Below are positions 61,001-64,000 of a DNA stretch of 64,000 bases, piece after piece; the first letter of the stretch is position 1; the number at the start of each line of letters is the position of its first letter. The notes below the pieces were generated by a model that had not been told where the DNA came from, ran no database searches, and worked only from the letters and a program-made list of their open reading frames with translations. The stretch covers positions 73,222,001 through 73,286,000 of the forward strand of contig NC_086381.1 of the NCBI RefSeq assembly GCF_036588685.1, given 5' to 3'. Made by a program: the position numbers and the translations under genes. The stretch comes from Mytilus trossulus (taxonomy: Eukaryota).

Positions 61001-63130
61001 ATCTTCATATAGAAATATCAGTATACTTCAAAAACATTAAGGCTTGAACATAAACTGTAGAAAACATGAAAAGATGTGGCGAAAATGAGCATCCCACTCT
61101 ACATGTAATATCAACCTTATTTAATTAATATGTATTCAAAGTCTGTTTATAAAAATTTGTAATTCACCATGAATCCAACGATAACAATAAATCCACAGTA
61201 TGTTTACAAATTATCCTCCTATCTTAAAGAAATAAGTATTCTGGATTGATTGTTTTTTGTTGAATACCAACTTTTGTGGATTTTGTGAATACCTAGGAAC
61301 CACGAATTTCAATGTTCAACGAAATAAAAATTTGTCATAGTTTTTTATGCCTACTTTGCAAAAAATTCAAGTGTACATGAAAATAATGTTGTTCCTCAAT
61401 CCACAAAAATGACTGAATCCAAATTAACTTACATTCTATCTCTTATCTGCGGACTATCCCTCTCTGTATTTATAATTTTCATTGCACGATCCAATGCATT
61501 TGCTACAAGTAAAAAAAATAGAAAATAATAGCTCCTTCATGAGAACACAACATAAAGTACACAAAATTGAATTCAGGATCAACCTAATTTCCTTAATGCT
61601 AAATCAAATACTGGTAAATAAAAAGTTTTTGAAATCACTGTTTCTATAAAATATTGATTGAAACTTTATAAGCATAAAACACCAATCACATTGGCAATTG
61701 TGACTGCTGCTTTAAAATGGTGTAGTATGGTAATAAAATTACATCATACAAATGTATATCATACTAACCTCCATTATTTATTGTACTGATGTTTCCACTA
61801 ATCTCTCTACACAGGTCACTAAATCTTCCCTCTATAACAGATGAAATATGTGTAAATTATCCACATCTATATAATTGGCAAATATAATTTTTAACAAAAA
61901 TAAAACATAATGTAAAATAAGAAAATCTTCTTTGATCTATAAAATTGAAGTTACAACTGTCCAGTCAATCTCCATACAAGTAAGGATATTTTATTTTAAC
62001 TGGAGTAGAAACAGACATGCACATGCAAAATTGTGAATTAAATTGATACATGTACAATTATACATGTATATGAGGACAACATATGAAACTATCATCTTGT
62101 CTACTTGATGTATTAAATCATATTTTTCACTATCAATGTTAAACTCTCTGCATTAAAAATTCTTCTGCACTTATTTCTATTATACATTATAACCATTTTC
62201 ACATGTTTTGGAAAAGAAAAAGAGAATAATTCACAATGGAAATATTGACTCAAATTTTAGGAGAAAAGTATTGCAATTTACTGGCCTTAGTGTTTGAATG
62301 CTTATCAGTACATCATTTTCCAGCATGTAAAAGTTAAATTCGCAAAAGAAATTTTTGATGTCAATGGCTGTTGCATATTGTTTTAATTTTTCTATTTTTT
62401 CTGCTCAATCATAGAAATAAAAGTTTTACAGATTCATGTTTCAAAGAAACCCCTTACAAATAAGGAGACCTTAAGATGATGCCCAGGCTTCAGCAAGGAG
62501 AAAACAACTGATGTACAATGGAGATCAATGCATTTGGTTATTGGCTAACAGACAGCAACCATCCTAAGACAACACGACAAGAACATGAACACAAATTATG
62601 ACAGGTTACCTTGCTTTCCATCTTTATATGGTGCATAGCCTGGATCATCTCGATATTCTCTTGTAGAACTTACCTTGCTTTCCATCTTTATATGGTGCAT
62701 AGCCTGGATCATCTCGATATTCTCTTGTAGAACTTACCTTGCTTTCCATCTTTATATGGTGCATAGCCTGGATCATCTCGATATTCTCTTGTAGAACTTA
62801 CCTTGCTTTCCATCTTTATATGGTGCATAGCCTGGATCATCTCGATATTCTCTTGTAGAACTTACCTTGCTTTCCATCTTTATATGGTGCATAGCCTGGA
62901 TCATCTCGATATTCTCTTGTAGAACTTACCTTGCTTTCCATCTTTATATGGTGCATAGCCTGGATCATCTCGATATTCTCTTGTAGAACTTACCTTGCTT
63001 TCCATCTTTATATGGTGCATAGCCTGGATCATCTCGATATTCTCTTGTAGAACTTACCTTGCTTTCCATCTTTATATGGTGCATAGCCTGGATCATCTCG
63101 ATATTCTCTTGTAGCTCCATAGTTAGACAT
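54779..63130 (-). CDS. Syntaxin-7/12 (TSNARE1) subfamily endosomal Qa-SNARE, ~273 aa, 10 coding exons
   Basis: Exons 63130-63058, 61831-61769, 61502-61433, 60327-60240, 59726-59652, 58972-58901, 57434-57303, 57111-57039, 56776-56694 and 54871-54779. All GT-AG and in frame, 822 nt. SNARE motif [62 protein letters not shown]; tail anchor RKSRKKMCCLLIILLIVAAIITLIIILATK. Confidence 0.95.
54991..55045. repeat. (GATT/GATA)n microsatellite
   Basis: About 13 tetranucleotide units in the last syntaxin intron. Confidence 0.95.
56030..56745 (-). repeat. 71-bp tandem array built from the 3' end of syntaxin coding exon 9 plus its splice donor
   Basis: ttacctgata starts at 56336, 56407, 56478, 56549, 56620 and 56690 (the true exon end). 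A 7th degenerate unit at ~56030-56335 is split by a MITE. Confidence 0.95.
56052..56289. mobile_element. PIF/Harbinger-like MITE, 238 bp, 3-bp TSD TGA
   Basis: TIRs ggcctaaattaatatattgtttgtttccc and gggaaacaaacaatattttattttaggcc, with TGA at 56049-56051 and 56290-56292. Confidence 0.8.
57930..58890. mobile_element. PIF/Harbinger-like non-autonomous element, 961 bp, TSD TAA
   Basis: TIRs ggccaggatttttaatttgttggtttacggat and atccgtaaaccaacaaattaaaaaaccatggcc, with TAA on both flanks. Confidence 0.85.
60534..61101. mobile_element. Non-autonomous TIR element with TAG termini
   Basis: tagagtggggcgcccatattcgcc pairs with ggcgaaaatgagcatcccactcta. No clear TSD. Confidence 0.6.
62606..63114 (-). 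repeat. 64-bp perfect tandem array (8 copies) built from the 3' end of the first coding exon of syntaxin plus its splice donor
   Basis: ttaccttgctttccatctttatatggtgcatagcctggatcatctcgatattctcttgtagaac starts at 62606, 62670, 62734, 62798, 62862, 62926, 62990 and 63054. The last copy is the real exon end. Confidence 0.97.
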
Positions 63131-64000
63131 GATGTTTTATCTATAAAATAAAGTTAATTCATAATTCTATACATGAAATTGAATCAAACAAGAGATCCCA
63201 ATAAAATGTTTGTATGCTTCTGATTGAGATGTTTCCTACAAAAATAAATATACAATGTATGATGAGGTTGATAAAAAAAAATGTGTGTTTATGTCACTTG
63301 TTGGCTTATTTCAGGTGACACTAGAAAACTTGAATCAACTATCTGGTTGACCATTATGGAATATCAGTTACACACATGCGACCTACATGTTCCAAACGCA
63401 AATATCGTAACCGCAATCCTGTCCTCTTTTCTCAAATGTTATCTACTGAATTAGACTTATCTCCCAGTTTGTACTTATATGAGCATCAAGATGGGGGCGC
63501 CCCATTAAAAGTAGTATTTGCTTACCCTTCCCAAGCACTCAGGTTTTTTTAAGGGGTTAAAGTTTTTATCGCATAGGGTATAGTTTTTTTTGTTGTGTTT
63601 TTAAATTTTTTATAATTTGTTTTGCTTTAAATCTTTTCTTGTTTTTTACCATGGCATTGACATTTTATTTTAACTTTTGAGTTAAAATGTCCCTTTGACA
63701 TGTTTGGTTTCTTTTGTCTTTTTTTCTGACAAAATAAATTTGCAATTTTTATATTGACCAGGATCAAATGGTCCTGGTTAAGTGACAGGCTAATGTGGTA
63801 TAAGCACCTAATTTTCAAATCTGTACAATACATACATTGACATAGCAAATCGCCAAATAGAGATTTATAATTCACACATGTGTTAAATGACATTCATGAA
63901 TTAGTTTTACAAACATTTGTTTCTTTATAAAAAAATCATGTAGTATATTTTGTATTTAAATAGACAATAGACAATAGACCATTAAAATGCATGGTTATGG

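Noticed and set aside
62606-63114. CRISPR-like appearance of this and other regular arrays (1908-2142, 56336-56745)
   Set aside because: Units are contiguous with no unique spacers, there are no cas genes, and the context is eukaryotic introns.
63958-64000. Possible second LINE 3' end on the minus strand (ccataaccat...gtctattgtctattgtcta)
   Set aside because: It resembles the tail at 39538-39593 but is short, lacks the AATAAA segment and is cut by the window edge, so it cannot be supported.
1-64000. tRNA or rRNA genes, and the remaining short 60-120-aa ORFs
   Set aside because: I recognised no cloverleaf or rRNA signatures. The short ORFs are AT-rich, often start at non-ATG codons, fall in repeats, introns or antisense to real exons, and have no recognisable motifs.

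Overview
This is AT-rich, intron-rich animal genomic DNA. The repeat families look like those of a bivalve, most likely a Mytilus mussel (inferred from recall, not from a search). I assembled five spliced protein-coding genes by hand, with GT-AG boundaries and consistent phases. (1, 2) A tandem pair of CD225/dispanin (IFITM/PRRT-type) genes on the minus strand, 50-3809 and 9753-12757. (3) A ~1061-aa RS-rich, lysine/glutamate-rich coiled-coil gene on the minus strand, 23378-34589. (4) A TEX52-like gene on the plus strand, 41197-42507, arranged head-to-head with gene 3. (5) A 10-exon syntaxin-7/12-type Qa-SNARE on the minus strand, 54779-63130. Mobile DNA includes a 5'-truncated LINE with an intact reading frame, several Helentron-associated (HINE/pearl-like) elements, a non-autonomous Helitron, Harbinger-like and hAT5-like MITEs with target-site duplications (TSDs), a decayed Academ-type transposon and several foldback elements. 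Three signals stand out. (a) Two type I hammerhead ribozyme motifs 337 nt apart (retrozyme architecture) at 14.9-15.3 kb. (b) Two independent tandem arrays in the syntaxin gene, each amplifying an exon 3' end together with its splice donor, giving 7 and 5 extra decoy 5' splice sites behind a premature stop. (c) An identical 14-bp CRE/ATF-type motif shared by two separate promoter regions.
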